Of a stretch of 8,017 nt of DNA, positions 1 through 7,017 are shown piece by piece. The stretch's first letter is position 1. Every line of letters starts with the position of its first letter. A program made the translations under genes and the position numbers. The DNA is from a virus (taxonomy: Duplodnaviria > Heunggongvirae > Uroviricota > Caudoviricetes): IMG/VR virus record IMGVR_UViG_2585427792_000006, one strand, 5' to 3'. The notes under the pieces were generated by a model. The model saw nothing but the letters and a program-made list of their open reading frames with translations. It ran no database searches and was not told the DNA's origin.

Positions 1-1089
1 TCCCGTAAATCCTCCGGTTGCAAAATGGAATTTCGCCGCAGCGGCCTGAATGGCTGTACCGCCTGACGCGGATGCGCCGCCACCAACAGCCCCGCCAATG
101 GCGCTGCCGATACTCCCGACAATCCCCACCATTGCCTGCTTAAGCAGAATTTCTGTCATCATGGACAGCACGGAACGGGTGAAGCTGCGCCAGTTCTGTT
201 CGCTGCCGGTCAGCATCGCCGCCATATTCTGTGCAATACCGTCAAAGGTCTGCGTGGCCACACTTTTAACCTGCGAAAAACTGTCCGTCGCACTTTCCGC
301 CCACTCTCCCCAGCCGGACTTCATCCCGGCCATCCAGCTTCCACGAAGCTGCTCCTCCGCAGACCTGGTGTTCTTCAGTGCAGATGTGGCCTTCGCCAGC
401 GCAGCCGGATTATCACCGTACACCTCACGAAGGCGCTGCTCTTCCGACTCCCGCTGCGCCTGACGGTCGGTGAGGCCGCGGGCTTTTGCGCTGATTGCCG
501 CCTGCTTCGCGCTTTGCTGCTGTTCAAACCGCGCCGCCTGCTGTGCCAGCTCATTCAGCCGCTTCTGGTGTTCAATCTTGTCTCCCAGCTCAGCCAGCTG
601 GCGTTTGTACTCCAGCGTCTCTTTCTCATGAGCCAGCAGGGATTTTTCCTGCTCAGATAACTGCCGTTTCGTGGCGGCCTCTTTCAGGACCACATACTGA
701 TTTTCCGCTTTCCATAAATCACGGCGCTGCTGGCTGATTTTTTCATTCGCACCGCTGTGCTTCTCCAGCGTCCTGAGCTCAGTTTCAAGCGCCAGCAGGG
801 CTGCATGCGCCTGGTCTTCCTGGCGCTCACCGGCAGACACCTTCACACCGGACGGCTTTTTCTGCGTCGACTCATAATCCTTTTTTGCCGACGCCATCAG
901 CGTGTTGTAATCCGCCTGCAGGATTTTCCCGTCTTTCAGGGCCTTATTCAGCTCTTCCTGCCGGGCGGTATATTTCTCCAGTGGCGTCAGCAGGCGCTCA
1001 TACGCCTTCTGCGCCTCTCCGGTATACTTCAGCTGTGACGACTCACGCTCAGCCCTGTCCCTTGCCGCCTGTTCACCGGCTTTTTCCAT
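1..1089 (-). CDS. H: Tail tape measure protein, distal segment. Open reading frame from the A5 run to the window start with no stop inside the window; the 3' end of the gene lies beyond coordinate 1. It is in the +1 frame relative to the N-terminal segment (1073..2212). Start coordinate is the first in-frame ATG (1087..1089), which is not necessarily a used start.
   Basis: Manual reverse-complement translation of 1..1089 gives one continuous frame: ...AGEQAARDRAERESSQLKYTGEAQKAYERLLTPLEKYTARQEELNKALKDGKILQADYNTLMASAKKDYE...GANEKISQQRRDLWKAENQY...SWMAGMKSGWGEWAESATDSFSQVKSVATQTFDGIAQNMAAMLTGSEQNWRSFTRSVLSMMTEILLKQAMVGIVGSIGSAIGGAVGGGASASGGTAIQAAAAKFHFATGGFTG. This is colinear with the central part of lambda gpH as I recall it, including the glycine-rich hydrophobic segment. 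Confidence 0.85.
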   Translation of the reverse strand, partial: MEKAGEQAARDRAERESSQLKYTGEAQKAYERLLTPLEKYTARQEELNKALKDGKILQADYNTLMASAKKDYESTQKKPSGVKVSAGERQEDQAHAALLALETELRTLEKHSGANEKISQQRRDLWKAENQYVVLKEAATKRQLSEQEKSLLAHEKETLEYKRQLAELGDKIEHQKRLNELAQQAARFEQQQSAKQAAISAKARGLTDRQAQRESEEQRLREVYGDNPAALAKATSALKNTRSAEEQLRGSWMAGMKSGWGEWAESATDSFSQVKSVATQTFDGIAQNMAAMLTGSEQNWRSFTRSVLSMMTEILLKQAMVGIVGSIGSAIGGAVGGGASASGGTAIQAAAAKFHFATGGFTG

Positions 1090-2212
1090 CAGCCTTCTTT
1101 CGGGCGGCTTCAAGCGCAAGACGGGCCTTTTCACGATCATCCCAGTAACGCGCCCGCGCTTCATCGTTAACAAAATAATCATCCTTGCGCAGATTCCAGA
1201 TGTCGTCTGCTTTCTTAAACGCAGCCTCTGCCTTAATCAGCATCTCCTGCGCGGTATCAGGACGACCAATATCCAGCACCGCATCCCACATGGATTTGAA
1301 TGCCCGCCCAGTCCTATCCGCCCAGGTCTCCAGCGTGCCCATGTTCTCTTTCAGGCGGCGGGTCTGGTCATCAAACCCTTTCGTGGCGACATCGTTCGCC
1401 GCCTGCAAGGCCCCGGCCTCGTCTCCGGAACGCTGCAGTTGTGCAACATACGCAATCTGCTCTGCCGTCACGTTACGGAACTGGCGCGCCATCGCCATCA
1501 GTCCCGACGTCGGGTCAGTGGTCAGCTTCCCGAAGGCTTCAGCGACTTTATCCACCTCCACACCGGATGCAGACGCAAAACGCGCGACACTCTGGTTAAT
1601 GGCATCAAACTGTTCACCACCACGCACACCGGCATTCACCAGGGCTGCCAGTGACTCACTCGCCTGGTTAAACGTCAGCCCTGCTGCCTGCCCGGCTCTT
1701 GAGAGCGTCAGCATACGATCGGCAGTCAGTCCGGCCTGATTGCCGGAAAGGACCAGCGTTTTATTAAATTCTGAAAGCGTGGAATCTCCCTGGTACCAGG
1801 CGTACACCAGCGCACCTGTCGCCACCGCCAGCGAGGTGACCCCGACCATCGGCAGGGTGATCGCACCGGCAAGCCCCCTGAACATGGGGATCATCCCGCC
1901 GAAGGAGTCCTTCACCTGACCGCCCTGTTGCAGCAGGATCAGCCAGGGATTCTGACCACCGGCAAGCTGCGTGGCGATATCCGTAAACTGTGCGGGCAGG
2001 GTTCGCATGGCCGCTTTATACTGTCCGACGGAAATCCCTGCTTTTTGTGCAGCCAGCGCCTGGCGGCTCAGCCCCTGCTCAACAGCACTGGCGGTTTTTC
2101 TGGCGTCAGTATCCAGACCTGAAAAATGACGCCTTACCCGGCTCATCTGCTCATCGAAACGGACCGCATCCAGACTAAGGTCAATAACAAGATCACCAAC
2201 CGGCTGGGACAT
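1073..2212 (-). CDS. H: Tail tape measure protein, N-terminal segment (379 aa), ending at a TGA directly after an A5 homopolymer. It is probably the 5' part of one H gene interrupted by a frameshift.
   Basis: ORF-track protein MSQPVGDLVIDLSLDAVRFDEQMSRVRRHFSG...EARARYWDDREKARLALEAARKKADGKSR is colinear with the lambda gpH N-terminus. RBS GGGAGGTG lies about 7 nt upstream of the ATG at 2212. The start overlaps the end of the T frame by 20 nt. Confidence 0.9.
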   Translation of the reverse strand: MSQPVGDLVIDLSLDAVRFDEQMSRVRRHFSGLDTDARKTASAVEQGLSRQALAAQKAGISVGQYKAAMRTLPAQFTDIATQLAGGQNPWLILLQQGGQVKDSFGGMIPMFRGLAGAITLPMVGVTSLAVATGALVYAWYQGDSTLSEFNKTLVLSGNQAGLTADRMLTLSRAGQAAGLTFNQASESLAALVNAGVRGGEQFDAINQSVARFASASGVEVDKVAEAFGKLTTDPTSGLMAMARQFRNVTAEQIAYVAQLQRSGDEAGALQAANDVATKGFDDQTRRLKENMGTLETWADRTGRAFKSMWDAVLDIGRPDTAQEMLIKAEAAFKKADDIWNLRKDDYFVNDEARARYWDDREKARLALEAARKKADGKSR

Positions 2213-3064
2213 ATCTCACACCTCCCGGAATCCCCGCTGAAGCCATCATTAATGCGGCATCATCCACCATGACATCCGCCACATCCGCAGACGATAAAAT
2301 ATCGCCCCCTCCGTCCCCACCGAACCGGACGCCTCCGGCAAGTCCTGCCGCTTTCTGCATCAGCATTTTGTCCTCATCCGGCCTCTCCACCTGCTCTTCC
2401 TCATGCCGGGGGACAAGCAGACTGAAATCAGAGGGATGCATATCCGGATCGCAAAAAAACAGGCTGAGTACAGCGTACGTCAGCCCGGAAAAATGCATAT
2501 CCAGCTGGGTATCCTGAAAATAATGCGTGCGGTAAAAACGGTGCCAGTCGGCATATTCGGTGGATGTCATCCCGGCAAGCATGGCGCGCCAGTCGGGTCT
2601 CCCCATCTCACGCGCCAGTCTGAGGGCAAAGTTCAGCTCACCGTCGAAGACTTTCCCGCAGAAAAATCATCATCAGTCAGCGTGTTATTTTTCGCCACTT
2701 CAGTAATATCAGTATCCGGACGAACAGCTTCGATCATCCCGGACAGGCACAACACCACGTCTTCCGCCCGGGCAATGGCATCAGCAGGCCAGGTGGTGAG
2801 CACTTCCTGCTCTATCTTCATCACGGCCTCATTCATTGACGGTGACTGCGTTTTCTGTGGATGGTTATGCCACAGGGACATCGCCACCAGAAACGCGCCG
2901 GTTCTGACAAGATCTTCCACACTCACCTGCAGGTTGCCGCTGGCTTCAGCCTCTTCTGCCCGCCGTTTCAGGAGGGCAAGATGCTCAATACGCTGCAGCG
3001 CAGACAGCTCAGAAAGCGTGACGGATACACCGTTATATTCAAATTGTTCTGTTTTCAGAAACAT
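2193..3064 (-). CDS. T: G-T tail assembly chaperone fusion, made by a programmed -1 ribosomal frameshift at 2651..2657. The G frame runs 3064 to 2654, then the -1 frame continues to the stop at 2193.
   Basis: The -1 frame downstream of the heptamer reads GKVFDGELNFALRLAREMGRPDWRAMLAGMTSTEYADWHRFYRTHYFQDTQLDMHFSGLTYAVLSLFFCDPDMHP..., matching lambda gpT. The T frame has no convincing independent start or RBS, and this arrangement is conserved across long-tailed phages. Confidence 0.85.
2633..3064 (-). CDS. G: Tail assembly chaperone G (143 aa)
   Basis: Protein MFLKTEQFEYNGVSVTLSELSALQRIEHLALLKRRAEEAEA...SMNEAVMKIEQEVLTTWP...DDDFSAGKSSTVS is a near-colinear match to lambda gpG. RBS GGAGG precedes the ATG at 3064. 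The slippery heptamer sits 5 codons before the stop. Confidence 0.93.
   Translation of the reverse strand: MFLKTEQFEYNGVSVTLSELSALQRIEHLALLKRRAEEAEASGNLQVSVEDLVRTGAFLVAMSLWHNHPQKTQSPSMNEAVMKIEQEVLTTWPADAIARAEDVVLCLSGMIEAVRPDTDITEVAKNNTLTDDDFSAGKSSTVS
2651..2657 (-). promoter_or_regulatory. Programmed -1 frameshift slippery heptamer G GGA AAG (G to G-T recoding site)
   Basis: Minus-strand sequence ...GAT TTT TCT GCG GGA AAG TCT TCG ACG GTG AGC TGA: the heptamer G_GGA_AAG is in the G frame 5 codons before the G stop, identical to the lambda G/T slip site as I recall it. Confidence 0.85.
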
Positions 3065-3077
3065 GTATTACCTCCGT

Positions 3078-3827
3078 TTAGCCACCCGGCACATTATTAA
3101 CGGTAATTTCAGCCACCGCAGCGAACTGACCATTTCCGCTCACCACAGGGATCTGCACCTTACCTGTCGCCACGCCGTTTACCGTAATTGTCATATCTTT
3201 CACACTAATGGTGGCTTTCGACGGATCGGCGGAAACCGCTCTGAACGTCTTGTCCGTTGCATTTTCCGGTTCCACAGTAACGGTCAGGGTGGTTGTTTTC
3301 CCTTTTGCCACCGTACCGGATGTCGGCGTCACCTTAATCGCACTGACCGGCGTAATTTTGCTGCGTTCTTCCGCTACAGAAGGTTTACCCACGTTAGTGA
3401 CTTTCACCGTGCGGGTGATCACTTCTTTCGCCGTCACGGCCTTACCGATACTGCTGACCCAGCCACGAAACACATCCACCGTGCCATTCGGAAAACGGAT
3501 TTTATAGGCCCGGACATCGCCGCTTTCAAACCAGCCTATAAGCCCTTTCTGACCTTCCTCTCCCGGTTTCCAGGCCAGCGTAAAACTGGTATCACCTGCA
3601 GATTTCTGCCCCTGCCCGGTCGCGGTCCAGTCCGCGTCTTCATCATCCAGGTAGTTATCATCGTAGGATTCTGCCGTCATCTCGCCCGGCGTCAGATCCT
3701 TCACCTTAGCCAGTCGCTGCCAGTCAGCGTCTGACAACGGGTTTGCATAAGCATCACCCTTGCCGTTGTAAACCCACAGAGTGGTACCGGCACCTTTTAC
3801 CGGCTCCAGGGGATTTGGTGTTGCCAT
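3078..3827 (-). CDS. V: Major tail tube protein V (249 aa) with a C-terminal Ig-like (Big_2-type) domain
   Basis: Protein [50 protein letters not shown]... matches lambda gpV. The C-terminal segment ...[66 protein letters not shown]... has the alternating beta pattern of a Big_2 domain. RBS GAGGA overlaps the U stop. Confidence 0.95.
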   Translation of the reverse strand: MATPNPLEPVKGAGTTLWVYNGKGDAYANPLSDADWQRLAKVKDLTPGEMTAESYDDNYLDDEDADWTATGQGQKSAGDTSFTLAWKPGEEGQKGLIGWFESGDVRAYKIRFPNGTVDVFRGWVSSIGKAVTAKEVITRTVKVTNVGKPSVAEERSKITPVSAIKVTPTSGTVAKGKTTTLTVTVEPENATDKTFRAVSADPSKATISVKDMTITVNGVATGKVQIPVVSGNGQFAAVAEITVNNVPGG

Positions 3828-3834
3828 ATCGTCC

Positions 3835-4230
3835 TCACATCTCGTATGTAATGGAATAAGTCAGATCCGCAGAGCTCCATAACGCCATATCGTCATCACG
3901 ACGATACTCATAGCCCTGCGTAACCATCGTGGTAATCAGTCCAGCCAGTGCCGGGATCGCAGTCATCGCCGGATAAATCCGGCTTTCCATCCACTGATCA
4001 AGCTCTGAATCCGGTACCTGTGCCGGTAAAAACACCTCAATATGCAGTGTGGCCCGCCAGGTATCTGCATCCAGCTCTTCACCGGTATACTCTGCATCCG
4101 TCAGATAAACCGCGATCGCAGGAAAATCCTCTTCGTCAAAAACAACGGGGCGACCATCAAACAGCGTCGCCCCGTGTTCATGCTGCTCGAGTGCATCCAG
4201 CACTGCAGCACGGATATCAGTGTGTTTCAT
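3835..4230 (-). CDS. U: Tail terminator protein U (131 aa)
   Basis: Protein [131 protein letters not shown] matches lambda gpU in length and sequence. Its start overlaps the Z stop (ATGA). Confidence 0.95.
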   Translation of the reverse strand: MKHTDIRAAVLDALEQHEHGATLFDGRPVVFDEEDFPAIAVYLTDAEYTGEELDADTWRATLHIEVFLPAQVPDSELDQWMESRIYPAMTAIPALAGLITTMVTQGYEYRRDDDMALWSSADLTYSITYEM

Positions 4231-4766
4231 CGTTTTATCGCAATCCTCAGTTGTTGTTTCAGCGCGGATGCCAGTTCTCCGGGCAGGCGTTCACGCCGGA
4301 TACGGTCAACATTCTCATCAAATGCCTGTTTCAGTGGGGCCGCCATCGGGATTTTCACCACCTCAATAGGGTAACGCTTTTTCCCGGCCACAGGAAGACG
4401 TTGCATAACATGCCAGCGACCATTATTTAATCGCTGAATAAATGCCCGCTGATAACGATGCTGACCGGCTTTGAGTATGCTGTCCGGACGACGCCCCAGC
4501 ATCCTGATCCCCAGCTTAATCACAGGGAGATCACCGCGGTTAACGATAATTCTGGCATTCGGATTTCTGACCGTGGCCCGTTTCAGTCTGGACCGTTCCT
4601 TAACCAGTTTCCGGCGTACCTTTGTCTCCCGGGCAACCTGTGATGAAGACTGATTAATCGCCGTTGTGGCCACGCGGTTAATCGTCATTGCTGAAGCCGC
4701 CGGAATGGCGTTTTTACGAACCCGGCTCAGATTATCAATCGCCTGATCAAGCCCTTTTATCGCCAT
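4227..4766 (-). CDS. Z: Tail completion protein Z (179 aa)
   Basis: Protein MAIKGLDQAIDNLSRVRKNAIPAASAMTINRVATTAINQSSSQVARETKVRRKLVKERSRLKRATVRNPNARIIVNRGDLPVIKLG...NGRWHVMQRLPVAGKKRYPIEVVKIPMAAPLKQAFDENVDRIRRERLP... matches lambda gpZ. RBS AGGGGGAA is upstream of the ATG at 4766. Confidence 0.95.
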   Translation of the reverse strand: MAIKGLDQAIDNLSRVRKNAIPAASAMTINRVATTAINQSSSQVARETKVRRKLVKERSRLKRATVRNPNARIIVNRGDLPVIKLGIRMLGRRPDSILKAGQHRYQRAFIQRLNNGRWHVMQRLPVAGKKRYPIEVVKIPMAAPLKQAFDENVDRIRRERLPGELASALKQQLRIAIKR

Positions 4767-4781
4767 AATTTCCCCCTGCGT

Positions 4782-5135
4782 TTATCGTCGCCGGTTAACA
4801 GCGGGTGGTTGCCCACGGTTGAGCCAGAGATAACAGCTTCCCCCGTCATCCGGAGAAACACGATCCACCCAGAACATCTCGCCGTTAATGGTCAGCGTGT
4901 CACCACGCCGCACGGCACGCACCGTATCCGTCCGCACAAATAATGACGGGCTGCTTCCTTCAATACGGACCCCGCCACCGGCAAAACCCAGCGACTCCGG
5001 ATCGTCAAAAACCCCCTGAACTTCGCTGCCACACTGTGCCCCCGAGGTGAACTGCGCACAGAGCCCCATCACTTCAACAATCGTTCTGTCCACCCCGGCA
5101 AGGGCAGCATCAAAGGAATTCTCAAAATCACGCAT
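4782..5135 (-). CDS. FII: Head-tail joining (head completion) protein FII (117 aa)
   Basis: Protein MRDFENSFDAALAGVDRTIVEVMGLCAQFTSGAQCGSEVQGVFDDPESLGFAGGGVRIEGSSPSLFVRTDTVRAVRRGDTLTINGEMFWVDRVSPDDGGSCYLWLNRGQPPAVNRRR matches lambda gpFII, including the identical C-terminus ...WVDRVSPDDGGSC.LWL.RG.PPAVNRRR. Its start overlaps the FI stop. Confidence 0.95.
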   Translation of the reverse strand: MRDFENSFDAALAGVDRTIVEVMGLCAQFTSGAQCGSEVQGVFDDPESLGFAGGGVRIEGSSPSLFVRTDTVRAVRRGDTLTINGEMFWVDRVSPDDGGSCYLWLNRGQPPAVNRRR

Positions 5136-5496
5136 AAACGGCCACTCCGCTCCTGACCATGTCTTTTGCCACTGAGGGGGGCATCAGAATTACTCTGCCA
5201 GCATCAACATGCTCAACAGGCCCACCTGTTTCATCGTCAACACCACACAGGTAAAAACACTTCAGAAGCCTGATACGTTCCAGAATACCAACGTCATCCT
5301 CACCGGTGTGCCTGCATGCCTGCTCATGAACGGTATCATCAACATCTGCGATTTCATTTTCCGAGGCGCAAACCTCCTCTTCCCACTCTGCCACACGCTG
5401 TGCGATATCCGCAGCACTCCCCGACATATCCGCCTCGCGCCCCAGCAGACCAGCCAGTTCACGAAGACGTTTCTGATTTTCTTCTTTTGTTGCCAT
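5128..5496 (-). CDS. FI: FI-like DNA-packaging / head assembly accessory protein (about 122 aa from the ATG at 5496). The ORF-track start at 5544 is probably not the real start.
   Basis: Position between E and FII matches lambda FI, and it has a similar size and an acidic central region. MATKEENQKRLRELAGLL... begins at 5496 with GGGAG 6 nt upstream. The upstream Met at 5544 would lie inside the terminator hairpin only 3 nt after the E stop. The sequence is more divergent from my recollection of lambda FI than the neighbouring genes are from theirs. Confidence 0.75.
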   Translation of the reverse strand: MATKEENQKRLRELAGLLGREADMSGSAADIAQRVAEWEEEVCASENEIADVDDTVHEQACRHTGEDDVGILERIRLLKCFYLCGVDDETGGPVEHVDAGRVILMPPSVAKDMVRSGVAVYA

Positions 5497-5511
5497 ATCC
5501 AGCTCCCTGTG

Positions 5512-5539
5512 AAAAAAACACGGGGGCATTTCGCCCCCG
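5512..5539 (-). terminator. Intrinsic (rho-independent) terminator-like element between E and FI: 7-bp G/C stem CGGGGGC/GCCCCCG, 5-nt loop, then UG and U7
   Basis: Minus-strand RNA reads ...UAA UCCGUGAG CGGGGGC GAAAU GCCCCCG UG UUUUUUU CACAGGGAGCUGGAU AUG. The stem is perfect and the U7 tract (plus strand a7 at 5512..5518) follows immediately, directly downstream of the major capsid gene stop at 5548. Confidence 0.7.
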
Positions 5540-5547
5540 CTCACGGA

Positions 5548-6576
5548 TTATTTCACCTGTACCACCACAAACTCATCCGGATCCGGCAGCACCATCAGCG
5601 GCGCGGACTGCGTCATGGTGAATTCACAGGACGGATCGCCCACGGTCAGCCAGTGTTTCGGGTAACGGGAAGAAGCCACCACTCCTTCAGATAACGCCTG
5701 TGCATCCTTAATGGCTCCATAGCAACGAATCCCCTCTGCTGCCGTATTCCCCAGCACCAGCGTGCCCTCCGGCAGATAACGTTTTTCGGTACCGTCCTCT
5801 GCCACATAAGACGTTTTCGCTACCACAATGGCCAGATCGCCGTAATACCCCTTGAAGGATACCACTGCGCCCAGATCTTTCACTGCCGTTTCGAGTTGTG
5901 AATTTGAACCGCGACGGGTATCCAGTTTTTCGCGGAAAAGCTTAAAGCCATTCAGCAGACGCCAGACGGTACCGTCCATAATGGCAATATTCACAAGACC
6001 ACTGGCCTGATCACAGAAAAGGTCGATATCATATGTCGGGTCGAACGTGTCACGATCCTGTTTTGACCACTCCTTACCGCTACCTTGTATGATGTTATTC
6101 TTCGTCGATCGGCCAAAATCGACTTCAATTTTCTCGAACTGGTCTCCTTCCATCGTATATTTGCCATACAGCACGGCATTCACCGCCTGCATTTCTTCCA
6201 CCTGGACAATAGCGTGCTCTTCCTGTTTGAGGTTATCGGTAATGATACGCAGACGACGGTAGGCCGGGTCGTTCAGCTGAGCCGGATCTTCACCAGGAAG
6301 GCGCTCAACCGCCTGCTGGTAATTAAATTCGTGTTTGGGCTTGACGTAGCCCGGACGTAACACGCGGGTTTCACCACCGCGATGGCGAAGCACTTTTCCT
6401 TCAACGATCGGGGAGACATAGGCCGCCACCGGCGTTTTTCCGGTAATTTTGTCCAGCATCACCTCTTCGGTGTGGAAATTCACCGTACGGCGGAAAAACA
6501 GCTCCAGAAACAGCGCACGGAATTTCACTTTTTGTTCGGTATAACCGAGTAACTGGCGGGTCGTAAACAATCCCAT
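5548..6576 (-). CDS. E: Major capsid protein E (342 aa)
   Basis: Protein MGLFTTRQLLGYTEQKVKFRALFLELFFRR...YVSPIVEGKVLRHRGGETRVLRPGYVKPKHEFNYQQ...AYRRLRIITDNLKQEEHAIVQVEEMQAVNAVLYGKYTMEGD...KLDTRRGSNSQLETAVKDLG...TMTQSAPLMVLPDPDEFVVVQ is colinear with lambda gpE (341 aa). RBS AAGGAA is 8 nt upstream of the ATG at 6576. Confidence 0.97.
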   Translation of the reverse strand: MGLFTTRQLLGYTEQKVKFRALFLELFFRRTVNFHTEEVMLDKITGKTPVAAYVSPIVEGKVLRHRGGETRVLRPGYVKPKHEFNYQQAVERLPGEDPAQLNDPAYRRLRIITDNLKQEEHAIVQVEEMQAVNAVLYGKYTMEGDQFEKIEVDFGRSTKNNIIQGSGKEWSKQDRDTFDPTYDIDLFCDQASGLVNIAIMDGTVWRLLNGFKLFREKLDTRRGSNSQLETAVKDLGAVVSFKGYYGDLAIVVAKTSYVAEDGTEKRYLPEGTLVLGNTAAEGIRCYGAIKDAQALSEGVVASSRYPKHWLTVGDPSCEFTMTQSAPLMVLPDPDEFVVVQVK

Positions 6577-6603
6577 AAATCAGTTCCTTTCATTAAGAAA
6601 TCA

Positions 6604-6627
6604 GTCAGGCCAACGCGGTGGCCTGAT
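6604..6627 (-). other. GC-rich palindromic hairpin in the D-E intergenic region (7-bp perfect stem CAGGCCA/TGGCCTG at 6606..6612 and 6619..6625, 6-nt loop). It has no following U-run, so it is not a classic terminator.
   Basis: Direct inspection of 6606..6625 caggccaacgcggtggcctg; it lies between the D stop (6634) and the E Shine-Dalgarno. Confidence 0.5.
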
Positions 6628-6633
6628 AACGTG

Positions 6634-6981
6634 TTACGGCAGCGCCGCGTGACTCAGGGCACTGCCGGTAAAGGCGTTGGCCTTTTTGTGTTCATCCACA
6701 CTTTCAGGCCAGCGGATTGCCTCCGTCGCAAAGGTCCCCGACTTGTAATACGTCAGCACCGCCTCTGTGCCTTCAAGCGGCAGTACCAGTATGCCAACCG
6801 CACTACCGGCTTTCTGTCCGTCCCAGACCACCAGTTTCCCGGTGGCCCCATCCAGCATCAGGGGTGTCAGTGCTGGTGTTGCCGAGGAAATCCCGCTGCT
6901 GCCTGTGGCGGTGTGAGCCGGATCATTACCGGCAAAAATACGTACTTCCGCACGCTGTTCAGTGATGGTTTTCGTCACCAT
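6634..6981 (-). CDS. D: Head decoration protein D (115 aa)
   Basis: Protein contains ...GNDPAHTATGSSGISSATPALTPLMLDGATGKLVVWDG...AVGILVLPLEGTEAVLTYYKSGTF..., matching lambda gpD motifs (SDPAHTAT, MTPLMLD, KLVAWDG, VGIL, YKSGTF). Its position between C/Nu3 and E also matches. Confidence 0.93.
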   Translation of the reverse strand: MVTKTITEQRAEVRIFAGNDPAHTATGSSGISSATPALTPLMLDGATGKLVVWDGQKAGSAVGILVLPLEGTEAVLTYYKSGTFATEAIRWPESVDEHKKANAFTGSALSHAALP

Positions 6982-7017
6982 ATTGTTAAAACCTCGTATT
7001 GATGTTCAGCACTGACT

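Noticed and set aside
50-1739. Cluster of plus-strand ORFs (50..463, 495..737, 757..1038, 885..1148, 1185..1739, 1300..1599, 1439..1654)
   Set aside because: All are antisense to the tape-measure gene H, whose translation matches lambda gpH on the minus strand. The products are proline- and arginine-rich shadow ORFs.
2193-2606. Stand-alone T gene starting at the Met at 2606
   Set aside because: The frame is open well upstream of this Met and joins the G frame at the G GGA AAG heptamer, so the product is better explained as the G-T frameshift fusion than as an independently initiated protein.
2403-3734. Long plus-strand ORF (443 aa) spanning the V and G region
   Set aside because: It is entirely antisense to two strongly supported lambda-like genes. 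Its product is low-complexity and rich in R, C and H with no recognisable domain, and it has no convincing RBS. Long antisense ORFs are expected opposite GC-rich coding sequence.
5262-5462. Minus-strand 66-aa ORF nested within FI in another frame
   Set aside because: It is out of frame inside a supported gene, has no RBS, and has a hydrophobic W- and R-rich composition typical of an overlapping-frame artefact.
5497-5544. Extended FI N-terminus (MSGGEMPPCFFHRELD) from the ORF-track start at 5544
   Set aside because: This start would lie 3 nt after the E stop and inside the terminator hairpin with no RBS, whereas the ATG at 5496 has GGGAG at correct spacing.
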